A stretch of 64,000 nucleotides of DNA from Sporopachydermia quercuum (taxonomy: Eukaryota). The notes under the pieces were generated by a model. That model saw nothing but the letters and a program-made list of their open reading frames with translations, had not been told where the DNA came from and did no database searches. Shown piece after piece: positions 47,995-58,427 of this stretch (position 1 is its first letter; every line of letters starts with the position of its first letter). Location of the stretch: the NCBI GenBank assembly GCA_001599295.1, contig BCGN01000001.1:496001-560000 (forward strand). Reading direction: 5' to 3'. The position numbers were made by a program, and so were the translations under genes.

Positions 47995-49194
47995 TCAAAC
48001 AGGAACATTTTCATTTTCTTGTGTTGTTTCAATGTCAACTACTGTTGGAGCTCGTAAAATGATCATTTCCATTCTGATTGCTCTGATATAATCGACTACT
48101 GATATCAGAATCAAAAAGCAACCAATTCCAACGAATAACCAACCCATAGTTCCTGAGCCATCATCAGCAGCTAAATATCCATCTGTGCTATCTGAAGATT
48201 GATGTTGTATATCAGTGCTTACTGATCCACCATATGGATCATTGGCTGAGTCTATATCATAGTTTGAAGGAGTATTAGGTTGGAAATAGCTCTGATCAAC
48301 ATGTGCAGGCTTATTATAGTCTGTGCTAAATGAACCTTCAGGAAGGATATAATAGCCAAACTGTATTGAAGTTAATCCTAATCCTGCTCTAGAACCATTC
48401 TTGGCTGCATGCGATGTATGTAATAAATAAGTAAGGAAGAACCCAACAAGTTGAAATGCATAAGATACCATCAAATTCCATACAAAATTTACTATGGTGC
48501 CCACGGGAAGGCCATCAACATATACTTCATCATTGAATCCTGGTGTAAAAACAGTAGCTTCCCAGTAAGGAGGTGTAGCATCAGCTGCTGCTTCTTCATA
48601 TGAAGGGGGTAGTTCTTCACTATTTTGAGCATCAGTAGCACTTTCTGGTTTAGCCGTTAGGTTGTTGAAAACACCATCATTATCAACACCTAATCCAACA
48701 TAACGGGCTCTTCTTTGTACCCCTGAATTTCTACTGAAAGAGTTCAATTTGCTTTTGACCCAATTCCAAGATCCTAATCTTTCCTGAGATCTGGTTTGAG
48801 TACCAATACTCGTTGAAGTACCTGAAGTACCTAACGTGTCATTCTGATAATCAGTGTCTAAAACGTCTAAATCATCTTCTGGAGAAATTACACGATCATC
48901 GTTTAATCCTCCCCCTACTGAAACGTATTTGGCATTACCAACATGTCTACTGCTTGTTGTTTTGGTATTATTGCCATGAACAACAAGATCATCACTATCA
49001 TTATCGCTATCGTCACTGTCATCAAAAGATGAAATTAATGCATTATATCCATCTGAGTTATCATGTCTTACATCTCTGGCGGGTGACGCTGTGTTATTTG
49101 CTGTAGAATCTGTTGGGACTTCAAATAATACTGTGTCATTTTCCCCTGAGCCTATTATTGTGTGGCTCACAGGAGTGTAAGCTGGTTGTATCAT
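47995..49194 (-). CDS. BSD2: Rsp5 adaptor / metal homeostasis protein (NDFIP family)
   Basis: NDGVFNNLTAKPE, PY motif PPSYEEAAADATPPYWE, YLLHTSHAAKNGSRAGLG and three transmembrane segments. Confidence 0.92.
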   Translation of the reverse strand: MIQPAYTPVSHTIIGSGENDTVLFEVPTDSTANNTASPARDVRHDNSDGYNALISSFDDSDDSDNDSDDLVVHGNNTKTTSSRHVGNAKYVSVGGGLNDDRVISPEDDLDVLDTDYQNDTLGTSGTSTSIGTQTRSQERLGSWNWVKSKLNSFSRNSGVQRRARYVGLGVDNDGVFNNLTAKPESATDAQNSEELPPSYEEAAADATPPYWEATVFTPGFNDEVYVDGLPVGTIVNFVWNLMVSYAFQLVGFFLTYLLHTSHAAKNGSRAGLGLTSIQFGYYILPEGSFSTDYNKPAHVDQSYFQPNTPSNYDIDSANDPYGGSVSTDIQHQSSDSTDGYLAADDGSGTMGWLFVGIGCFLILISVVDYIRAIRMEMIILRAPTVVDIETTQENENVPV

Positions 49195-49871
49195 TTCTAA
49201 ACCCTTTCTGGTTTCTATTCTCCGTTTCCCTTTCTCTTTTGTTATGGTTAACTATTATGTTTCTCCATACATCTGCCTACTTCTTGACATCATAATAAAA
49301 TACGATTTTGTGCAGAATGGAGTGCTTTGTATGCAATTATAAATAACAGGCATCATAATATGATGGGACACTTAGTGGGCCATGAACAAACAAACTTAGA
49401 CAAAAGAAGGACAGGTAGAGAATATGCACAATATATAAACAGAAGGGGGTAATCTTGGAGATTTGTTTAGTCAAGTGGCAAGCAACTTTATTTGGGTCGG
49501 CAAAGAGCAAAGAGCACGTGATGATGGTATGTGGGGTAAAGGGTGTTGGAGTAGTGCTAGCATGTATGTAACATTTAGGAATAACTAGATAAACAAATAA
49601 TGAGAGTACTTATGCCGAAACTAGTATTTTTGTTACTCTTGGGGAAATAAGGATATATAGATTTAGGAAGTAGATTAGATGATTAATATACAAGACATGC
49701 TGTTTATGGCGTATGAGGTGAGGTGTGATGGTGGGAAAATATTGTAAAGATTATATCAGGATAAATCGTTTCGGTAGTGCCTTGAGCTTGTAAGTGAATT
49801 ATCATTTACATAGTAAATAGCTTGAGTAAACTGAAATCCGTTTATTATAATAACATACTGTACATTAACGA

Positions 49872-52337
49872 TTAGAAACGAGGAAATCTAGCAAGCTTCT
49901 CAGGGGCTATTTTCAGCTTCACCTTGTAGTTCTGTTGCGAGACTGGGTTAACACTGAGATTTAACGGTGATCCATTATAAGAACCGGAGATTCTGAATGT
50001 TGAAATAGATGAAGAGCCACTATGACTATTACCGCTGAAGTCATTCTTGATTCTGAATTGACCGTTTTGGGAACCTGAGCTTCCAGTGTGATTACCAAAT
50101 GATTTGGCGTCAGCAACAAATGTGGTGATTCCTGATCCAGCTGAGGATTGTTTCCCATCCGACATAATCACATCATCGCTATAATCAGGTAAATCTTCAA
50201 TGGGAGGTCTTACCGATCCTGGTAGAATGGATGATTTCACAGGTGTTCTGAATGTTCGCTGAATGTCTGTTAAATCTGGTAATACAGGTCCTCCACGTCT
50301 TGTAGCTCTACCCATTCTCCTCTTCCTTCGAAAATCACGTTCTCTATCTTTATCCATTCTATCTAGTTCCAATTCGGTGACTTCAATAAACATTGGAGAA
50401 AATTCTTTGAGGTTTGGCTTAGGTCGAAGAACATCTTCTGGTTGTAATTGTTTTCGGATATGTATCTTGATGTCCTCATCTTCTATAGTAGTACCATCAA
50501 ATCCATAACCAACAAGGAATAAACACTTAGTATACAATTGTACCTGTTCTCTAATTGAATGTGCAATTGCTGTAGCAAATTCACCAGGAAGATTTAACTC
50601 CTGAGCCGTTATTTCTGCAAATGTTTCTGGTTCATTATCAGGATTGTTTATATCCCATTCAAACTGATCGATATAGGTAGTGGTACCGTTAGTGATATCT
50701 AGCTTGATTAGTATTCTAGCGTCTGAATCTTTAACACGTTCAGAGATTTGCTGAGAAGAATTACGAGATGATAACAACGGTCCTGCTGGTGAAATAGGAG
50801 TCTCAGGTGGCACTGTTGTAGATTTGGATTTTCTAATTGCAACGGAAGCCGATAGTGAAGCACTGATATTCCCGGCATCTAAGGTTCTATCAGTCCCATC
50901 TGGATAAGCATGTGGATGGAAATCATCAATCTGTTCTTTGATACCTGCTGCTATTTGATCCACAAATTGATACCCTATATCAAAGTCTTCAGCTATTTGC
51001 CTTGCAAATTTCTCCACAGTAAGCTCTTTATCACTTAAATTCCATACAAATGTATCTCTAAGTCTGAATTTATCCTTCTCTGGGTCAAATTCCAATCTGA
51101 TAGGGACCAGTACATCTTGCCGACTATTTGGCTTATCATCAACATTTGAAGGTCCTAATTCGAAATCATCCTGTAACATTTTATCAGACAATAGAGGTAA
51201 CTTAGACTTACGCTTTCTATGTCTAGGATAAAGTACTTCAGTTCTATCAATAGTCCAACCATTTCCATAACCTTTATAACCTTCACCCCAAATTGAGGGT
51301 CTTCCTCCAGGACCTGATGGTAACCCAGGCACAGGCCCTTGATCTAGACCGAACCTTGCCATTTTTAAAACTCGAAAATAAACGAAATCTCTTCCGAATT
51401 TCTTCATGACTCTCCCATCTATGAAATCTTCTATGTCTCTTTGATAAATTTGCCTATTTACCAGATCTTTTTCGATTATTGATTCATATTCTTTCAACCC
51501 AGGTGGAATTGGTTTATCAGCCCTTAATAACATGGTAGACCAGTACTTTGTTCCAGGGATACGAACCGGTCCTGCTGGTGTACCACTGTTCAGCCCCGAG
51601 GAACCAGTTAGGCCTCCAGGTGCCACAAGACCACCTTGCACTGGAGGGATCCCAGCAGGACCTTGTTGAGTACCTATAGGAAAAGCATTTAAATGAACAG
51701 GATTTTGAATGGTCTCGTTACTACCAGAAAGAGCTGGGTTGCCTAAACCAGGGTTCCCAGCAACCACGTTAGGTGTAGCCTGTGGAACATTCCCTGCAGC
51801 AACTGCAGCCGCTGCGGCAGCTGCGGCAGAACCCGAAACGCCCATAGAATTAGAAACGGCTCCTCTAATTGGCCCAGTAGATAATATATTTTGCTGGATT
51901 ATACCAACAGAGCCCGGTCCAGGAACAGGTCCTGCCATTGATCTATTAGGAGGCATCATAGGATTTCCCATTCCTACTGGAGCCATATAAGCTGACTTCA
52001 TTCCTACTGGAGATTCGACACTGCTTTTCCGTGGTGTTCCTATGCTCTGGTTTGACGGAAGATGTGATCGCAATAAAGCTTCGTTCTGAGCGTTTAGTAG
52101 TTGCGGTGGCGGTATATTTAGTAAATGTGCTGGCATATCAGGCATCATTCCGTAAGGATTCAAAGGATAAGAGGTCATTCCACCAGTATTGGGTTGACCC
52201 TTGGCTGAGAATTGAGGATCTGGTTCTCCAGGTTGAGAGAATGAGTTTTGTACAGGATTCATTGGTCGCTCTGGTTGAATGGCACCAGTGGCCAATCCCA
52301 TCATTTTCTGTTGCAGTTGTGCTTGTTGGGATTGCAT
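49872..52337 (-). CDS. SNF5: SWI/SNF complex subunit; N-terminus may extend upstream
   Basis: SNF5 repeats LVPIRLEFD...LRDTFVWN and IKLDI...DQFEWDI...EFATAIAHSIREQ; SIWGEGYKGYGNG; Q/P/G-rich N-terminus. The frame stays open to about 52388. Confidence 0.92.
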   Translation of the reverse strand: MQSQQAQLQQKMMGLATGAIQPERPMNPVQNSFSQPGEPDPQFSAKGQPNTGGMTSYPLNPYGMMPDMPAHLLNIPPPQLLNAQNEALLRSHLPSNQSIGTPRKSSVESPVGMKSAYMAPVGMGNPMMPPNRSMAGPVPGPGSVGIIQQNILSTGPIRGAVSNSMGVSGSAAAAAAAAVAAGNVPQATPNVVAGNPGLGNPALSGSNETIQNPVHLNAFPIGTQQGPAGIPPVQGGLVAPGGLTGSSGLNSGTPAGPVRIPGTKYWSTMLLRADKPIPPGLKEYESIIEKDLVNRQIYQRDIEDFIDGRVMKKFGRDFVYFRVLKMARFGLDQGPVPGLPSGPGGRPSIWGEGYKGYGNGWTIDRTEVLYPRHRKRKSKLPLLSDKMLQDDFELGPSNVDDKPNSRQDVLVPIRLEFDPEKDKFRLRDTFVWNLSDKELTVEKFARQIAEDFDIGYQFVDQIAAGIKEQIDDFHPHAYPDGTDRTLDAGNISASLSASVAIRKSKSTTVPPETPISPAGPLLSSRNSSQQISERVKDSDARILIKLDITNGTTTYIDQFEWDINNPDNEPETFAEITAQELNLPGEFATAIAHSIREQVQLYTKCLFLVGYGFDGTTIEDEDIKIHIRKQLQPEDVLRPKPNLKEFSPMFIEVTELELDRMDKDRERDFRRKRRMGRATRRGGPVLPDLTDIQRTFRTPVKSSILPGSVRPPIEDLPDYSDDVIMSDGKQSSAGSGITTFVADAKSFGNHTGSSGSQNGQFRIKNDFSGNSHSGSSSISTFRISGSYNGSPLNLSVNPVSQQNYKVKLKIAPEKLARFPRF

Positions 52338-53552
52338 GGCGCACTTGTTGATTATCTGTTCGTTGTATTTCAGTATTGTGTTTGGGCTCTAGAGAAGATG
52401 AATTATAAACTAAGACTCAGTTCATAAGTCAACCATACATTAACTTAGTTTTCGATGCCGTGATATGCAGTGATTCTTAATATGAACATTATGCTTTCTA
52501 ACCAGATTATTTCCAGTTGCTATTAGCAAAATTCCTTCCAGTTTGAGAACGATGAAGTTGATACTTTATATAATACAGTGGTGAACAATCAAAACTAATC
52601 GTACTTATCCCCGCTACACTTTCTCAATCCAAAATACCAATGAATATAGTCGAAATACTAACAGGTAAATAACAGGTGTATAAACAAGACTTTGAATAAC
52701 AGTAGTTAGTAACTCAATGTATCAGTCTCCAATAACAGTGATTGACAAGTAACTCAGTACAAGAAAATCAGACAGGTTCCTGTGTTTTGTTAATGGGCTT
52801 GTTATCACAAACTATCAGACATAAAACAGCCAGTCTATAAATTGAATGTACTGCGATTTATCTTTCGTTGCGGAAACTCAAAGACTCAAGACTGCCTTTA
52901 GTAATCAAAGGATTATTTCAATTTTCAAACCGGTTTTTTGTTTGGTATTTCGCGTTTATTGCTACTAGTCAATTGATCCTTCTTATCAGATAATTGTTAT
53001 TATTTATTAGTTGGAACATGCGTGTTTGAACATTCAGCGTTCTGCTAATGACTTACGAGTTTCTGAGGTGGAACCGGAAAGGATTGAGAAAGGAGAAAGA
53101 TGGTTTTATATCTTCTCCGGAATATGAGGTGACTGGGTGTTAGAGAATGGGGGGGGGAGCTGCTGGAGATATGAAGTGGAAAGAGGTATATTCGATTACG
53201 TTATTATATAAATTTAGAAAGTACGTACTGACTGAGGATGAGTTGAATATACTGAAAGATATGGAATATTATTGATTTGTTGAGAAGTAGATGTTCTTAA
53301 GATTAGCGGTACAAAAATAATGCCTTTCGTTTTTATATAAAGGGATGTGTGGGAGTTCTACTCAGAAATGAACTGGGTAATGAATGCAAATCAGGTTGTA
53401 TCATTCAGTATTTTCGCTTATCACAGGCTGTGTAGCAAATTGATTACATAGTTCTTCCTGATGTTTCACCCAAAAACCATTTGAAAATTAATGTATCGCT
53501 TCTATCATAATACAAATAAACCATTCCAACTAAATATCTCATGATTTATGCT

Positions 53553-54884
53553 TTATGTTCTGTAGTCACCATTAATGGTAACGTACTCATGCGTGAAATC
53601 ACAAGTCCAGTACTTAGCTGATTGTCCACCACCAGTACCAAGTGAAACTAAAATATGAAGGTCTTCCATTTTCAGGATTTCACTTGCCCTATCTTCGTCA
53701 ACATTTTCTGGTTCGCCGTTGACTAAAAGTTTAAGCTCAGCAGTTCCATTCGTTGGAATGAATGAAACATTGGTCTTGAAAGGATCAACATCTACACCAG
53801 CATAACCTGTGGCGCATAAAATTCTTCCCCAGTTAGCATCACCTCCATACAAAGCACATTTAACAAGGGCAGAAGTAGCAATAGTGGATGCAACCTGCTT
53901 AGCATCCTCGAAAGAATGAGCGTCAGTAACTTCAATGGTAACAAACTTAGTGGCACCCTCACCATCCCGGACAATCAATTGTGATAATTCTTGAGCAAAT
54001 TCAACAAAGATGTTCTGTAGAACAGAAAAACCAGGACTAGATTCAGTGATCACATCAGCTTCACCTGGGGCTGCAGCACCATTTGCTAAGGCAGTAAGGG
54101 TATCGTTTGTTGACATATCACCATCTACAGAAATAGAATTGAATGATCGATCAGCAGCAAACTTAAGAGCTTTTTGTAAAGCAGATGGTTCAACTGCTGC
54201 ATCAGTAACGAAGAAACTCAACATCGTTGCCATGTTAGGATGAATCATACCAGCACCCTTCGCCAATCCAGCAATGCTATATGTCGTTCCATTAAGCTCA
54301 AACTGCTTGGAAACAAGCTTTGGGAATATATCAGTGGTCATAATAGCTTTAGCACAAGATAGCCAAGCGTCATGGTCGGAACCTAGATTGCTGTTATACA
54401 AGGTACTGATACCTGGAATAATCTTATCCATAGAAAGCTTTTGTCCGATAACACCTGTAGACATAACCAGTGTATGCTTAGATCCGTCAGCAGCACCGGT
54501 GAGATTATCAACCTCATCAACCATAGCCTTTGCGTCTTTGATACCTCCTTGACCTGTAACTGCATTAGCACATCCACTATTCACTACAATAGATCGAATT
54601 CCCTTACCGCCACTAGTTTCCATAATATCTTTATCAACAACGACAGGAGCTGCCTTGAAGATGTTTCGAGTAAATATAGCAGCGGCAGCACATTCTCTGT
54701 CTGATACTAACAAAGCCAAATCAGAGTTGCCATTTTTCTTAACACCTGTTGCAATTCCACCAACGGAAAACCCTTTAGGATATGTTCCAGATTTGGGAAC
54801 GAATCTACTCTTATCCTGGGCAAGGGTTTTACTGGCCATTGTAAAGTATCGCACACCAGTTTTCATTGATACCTCAAAACCCAT
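53553..54884 (-). CDS. ARG7: Mitochondrial ornithine acetyltransferase (ArgJ family)
   Basis: Motifs [17 protein letters not shown], the autocleavage site [20 protein letters not shown] and INGDYRT. Confidence 0.96.
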   Translation of the reverse strand: MGFEVSMKTGVRYFTMASKTLAQDKSRFVPKSGTYPKGFSVGGIATGVKKNGNSDLALLVSDRECAAAAIFTRNIFKAAPVVVDKDIMETSGGKGIRSIVVNSGCANAVTGQGGIKDAKAMVDEVDNLTGAADGSKHTLVMSTGVIGQKLSMDKIIPGISTLYNSNLGSDHDAWLSCAKAIMTTDIFPKLVSKQFELNGTTYSIAGLAKGAGMIHPNMATMLSFFVTDAAVEPSALQKALKFAADRSFNSISVDGDMSTNDTLTALANGAAAPGEADVITESSPGFSVLQNIFVEFAQELSQLIVRDGEGATKFVTIEVTDAHSFEDAKQVASTIATSALVKCALYGGDANWGRILCATGYAGVDVDPFKTNVSFIPTNGTAELKLLVNGEPENVDEDRASEILKMEDLHILVSLGTGGGQSAKYWTCDFTHEYVTINGDYRT

Positions 54885-55095
54885 ATTTGAAAATATCTTT
54901 TGAATTCTTCTGTTCTTCTTGCTTTGTTGCCTAACCTATAGGAACTCTAACACTAACACTTAATACACTGCCTACCAACTGCTCACCTTCAAAACAAGCA
55001 ATAAAAGGTCAACCACTACCGTACTTAAATATCTGCCTCTATTAGTTAACCTTCTCAAAAAAAGTTCATTGTCCTCTTGACTAGTTTGCTATTCA

Positions 55096-55104
55096 ATGAC
55101 TCAC
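55096..55104. promoter_or_regulatory. Gcn4-type site ATGACTCAC upstream of ARG7
   Basis: Consensus site about 215 nt upstream of the ARG7 ATG; identical 9-mer to the ARG1 site. Confidence 0.6.
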
Positions 55105-55307
55105 TCAATGTACGGCTCATTCATTGACCAACCCTTCAGCAATTTATTTCAACCTTTTATTTTCAGTCATACTCCATACAGCGACTTAATCGCCAAAAGG
55201 TACTTGTCTTAAATCAGATACTCGCTTTCACACCCATCAACTCAATTGACAAATGTGGAAGATCTTCTCTCTTCCTTAAATGAAGTGAGACTCTAAGTAT
55301 GTACTCG

Positions 55308-55315
55308 CCGGGTAA
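55308..55315 (+). promoter_or_regulatory. Reb1-type site CCGGGTAA in the ARG7-Cdb4 divergent promoter
   Basis: Perfect 8-mer. Confidence 0.45.
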
Positions 55316-55483
55316 CCTTTATTTTCCACCGCAAAGGCATGAGAGAAAATACACCACAAAAAAGTTTTACACAATGCTAGAATTAAGTGTATTATATTCG
55401 TGCGAAGCTAAGTAAGGCGATGATGAGTGGAGTTTTACCAGTTGACTACCTAAGTAAGAGAAGAGAAGTTGAAGATAGAAGAA

Positions 55484-55505
55484 ATATATATATATATATA
55501 TATAT
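55484..55505. repeat. (AT)11 microsatellite
   Basis: Directly visible about 90 nt upstream of ATG 55593; may double as a TATA element. Confidence 0.9.
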
Positions 55506-55592
55506 TGATAGGAACAAAGAAGTGAGGATTGATGTTATATACAAATTTGTATGATCAATTAAAGAATATCAATTTGTTAGAATAAAGAAAAA

Positions 55593-57051
55593 ATGTCTAA
55601 AGAAGCTGCTGGTAAGTGTCATACAATTGAATAATGAGTGGTATACCGTGATGGTGAATTTCTGTTCAGATTAAAGACTTAGAGATGGGAGAGAAGCTGG
55701 AAAAGATACAAGAACGAATAGCAAGCGAGAACTCTTGATAATTGATTTATAATTTATTAGAAGGAGGTATATTTTATACTTCTTTGTTTGTCTTATTATT
55801 TTTATAGAATAATTTACGTACAATTGTTTTAGAGGAGATTGCTCTAAGGATGAAAGGTGAATCANCCATGTCACTCACAATGTGTAATCACTTAAATATC
55901 GAAACAGTACAAATGAATATTAACATAACATAATTTTAGCACCAGATTATACGTTGAATAACTCTGATGTTATTACCAAATACAAGGCCGCTGGTGATAT
56001 CGCTGGTAAGATTTTGGCTGAATTGAAGGAAAAAGCTGTTGAAGGAGCTACTATTTTTGATTTATCTGTTGAAGGTGATAAGAGGATTGGTGAAGAAACT
56101 GCCAAGACTTTCACCAGTAAGAAGAACCCGGTTTCCAAGGGAATTGCTTTCCCAACTTCTATCTCAATCAACAATTGTGCTGCTCATCTTTCCCCTTTGA
56201 CTGCTGAGGATGAATCAAATGCTACTTTGAAGAAGGGGGATCTGGCCAAAATCACTCTTGGTGTTCAAATTGATGGTTTTGCTTCTATTGTTTCTGAGAG
56301 TATTGTCATTGGTGGTTTAGAAGAAGCCACCGGCAAAGTTGCTGATGCTCTTGCTGCTGCTTACTATGCTTCAGAAGCCGCTCTGAGAACTTTCAAGCCA
56401 GGTAACAAGAATTGGGATGTTACCAACATTGTTGATAAAGTTGCTACTGAATTTGACGTCAAACCTTTAGAAGGAATGCTGACTCACAACCAGACTAGAA
56501 ACGTTTTGAATGGTCCTAATGAAGTTATCATTAACCCCAGTGAATCTCAAAAGTCTTCCGTCTCAACTTTCACATTCGAAGAAGGTCAAGTTTTTGGTCT
56601 AGACATTTTGATCTCAACTGGTGAAGGTAAGGTAAAGCAAGGTGAAACTAGAACCACTATCTACAAATTAACTGGCAACAGTTATCAATTGAAGTTGAGA
56701 ACTTCCCGATCTATTTTTAGTGAAATTCAGAACAAAGCAGGTCAATTCCCTTTCTCTATCAGAATCTTGGAAGATGCGAAGAAGGCTAGAATGGGTTTAC
56801 AAGAATGTCAATCTCACGAATTGATTAACGCTTACGACGTTATGTATGAAAAGGAAGGTGAAGTCATTGCTCAATTTTATACTACTTTTGGTATCACCAA
56901 GAATGGTATTCTTTTATTCGGTGCTCCTAACTTTGATATCTCCAAGTTGAAGACTGAAAAATCAATCCAGGATGAAGAAATCAAGGAATTGCTTACCCAA
57001 CCTTTGAAGACCAACAAGAAGAACAAGAAGAAGGCTGTTGAATCAGCATAA
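55593..57051 (+). CDS. Cdb4/PA2G4 (EBP1)-like MetAP-fold ribosome-associated protein; exons 55593-55611 and 55940-57051
   Basis: Intron 55612-55939 (GTAAGT...TATTAAC...TAG) gives MSKEAAAPDYTLNNSDVITKYKAAG. Motifs KGIAFPTSIS, LGVQIDGF, YQLKLRTSR and a basic KKNKKK tail. Confidence 0.9.
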
Positions 57052-58427
57052 GTATGTTTCTAGTATTGACTGGAGTTTAACAGAATAATACCAATTTAAT
57101 TGATAAAAACACAAGAACATCAAAATTCATGAAGATCGTTATCTGGTTCATTTTTGTTTGTTGTAGTATTTTCCATTTTAATGTTGAATTATCACACGGT
57201 AGATTTGAGAAAATTCAACCCAAATTGAGCAAAGGAGTGCTTTTCAGTTTTGATTGGTGCACCCCATTAGAACAACCTTACCAGCGAACCTATTCAATAG
57301 TGATGATACTCTACAGGTGACATAGGTGAGAGTTATCAACTGAGAATTCTCTTCTGATCAATTTAATAGCATCTATCATAAATCTACTTTCTATTCCTTT
57401 ATTCAATTCGATTTGCCCTCAAGAATTGATCCAGATTTATTCCGTTTCTAATGAAACTCCATATTTTGTATTAATGCCGAATTGCCGGTTTTTATTAGTT
57501 AAGAAATAAGATTAGAAGCACAAACATTCAAGCCAGTTATCTACACACTTTTCAATGGTGCGACATATCAAATGCTAGTGGAAATGAACACCCGAACTGC
57601 ATTAGCAAAAAATTAATGTTCTGTCTATTCTTCAATGTGTTTATAATCCAATCAGTCTCAAAGAGAAGTTTCTGTTTAATTGGTGGTTTTCCTTTTACTG
57701 GGTTTCGAAAAAGAACCCCAAAGTGAAAAATTGGCTGGGTCATCATTTCGGAACTTATCCCACGACATCCTTATATACACATTACCATTTCGATGAAACT
57801 TCATTTAAAACAACCCTAGAACAACATAATACATTTCAAATATAACTCATATGATTTACCTGCTATTTCCTCTTTATTTCTATCAAATTAAATCATCATA
57901 TCTAATGATATTTACAGCTTCTTCGAGTCAAATCATCTCCAGCTTACCCCAACTATTTTAGATTACATAATATTAAATAATCAAGCCTTACATTCTTCTC
58001 ACAGATCCTTGATTCTCTTCTCTTCTCTTCTTCTTCTCTTCCACAACTACAGGATTCCTACCTTATCTAATCATCTATATACGTAGATATCATAAGGGTC
58101 ATCTCATCTTTTGTCAAGATTTTTGGCATTCTGCTCTACTAAAGGTCACTGTTCAAACTGAATTGATACTTGGGGTCATTGCTGAAATACTGAAGTAGGT
58201 GTTCGTGCTCTCAGATTCTGTAACGCGTCTGGTCTGTTGGTAGGTAGTGAAGAGTCGTTGAATGGAAATCTCTAGGCTATATATTGAGGATTTGAAGATA
58301 TTATTAGGAGGACTCAACGATAAATTTAATTTTAGGTTACTCTGATATAAAATATCCTCAAGTGAAAATAACAGGAAATTGATGGTTTATCATCAGTCTC
58401 TTTCATTCTATCCAACCTCATCTCATA

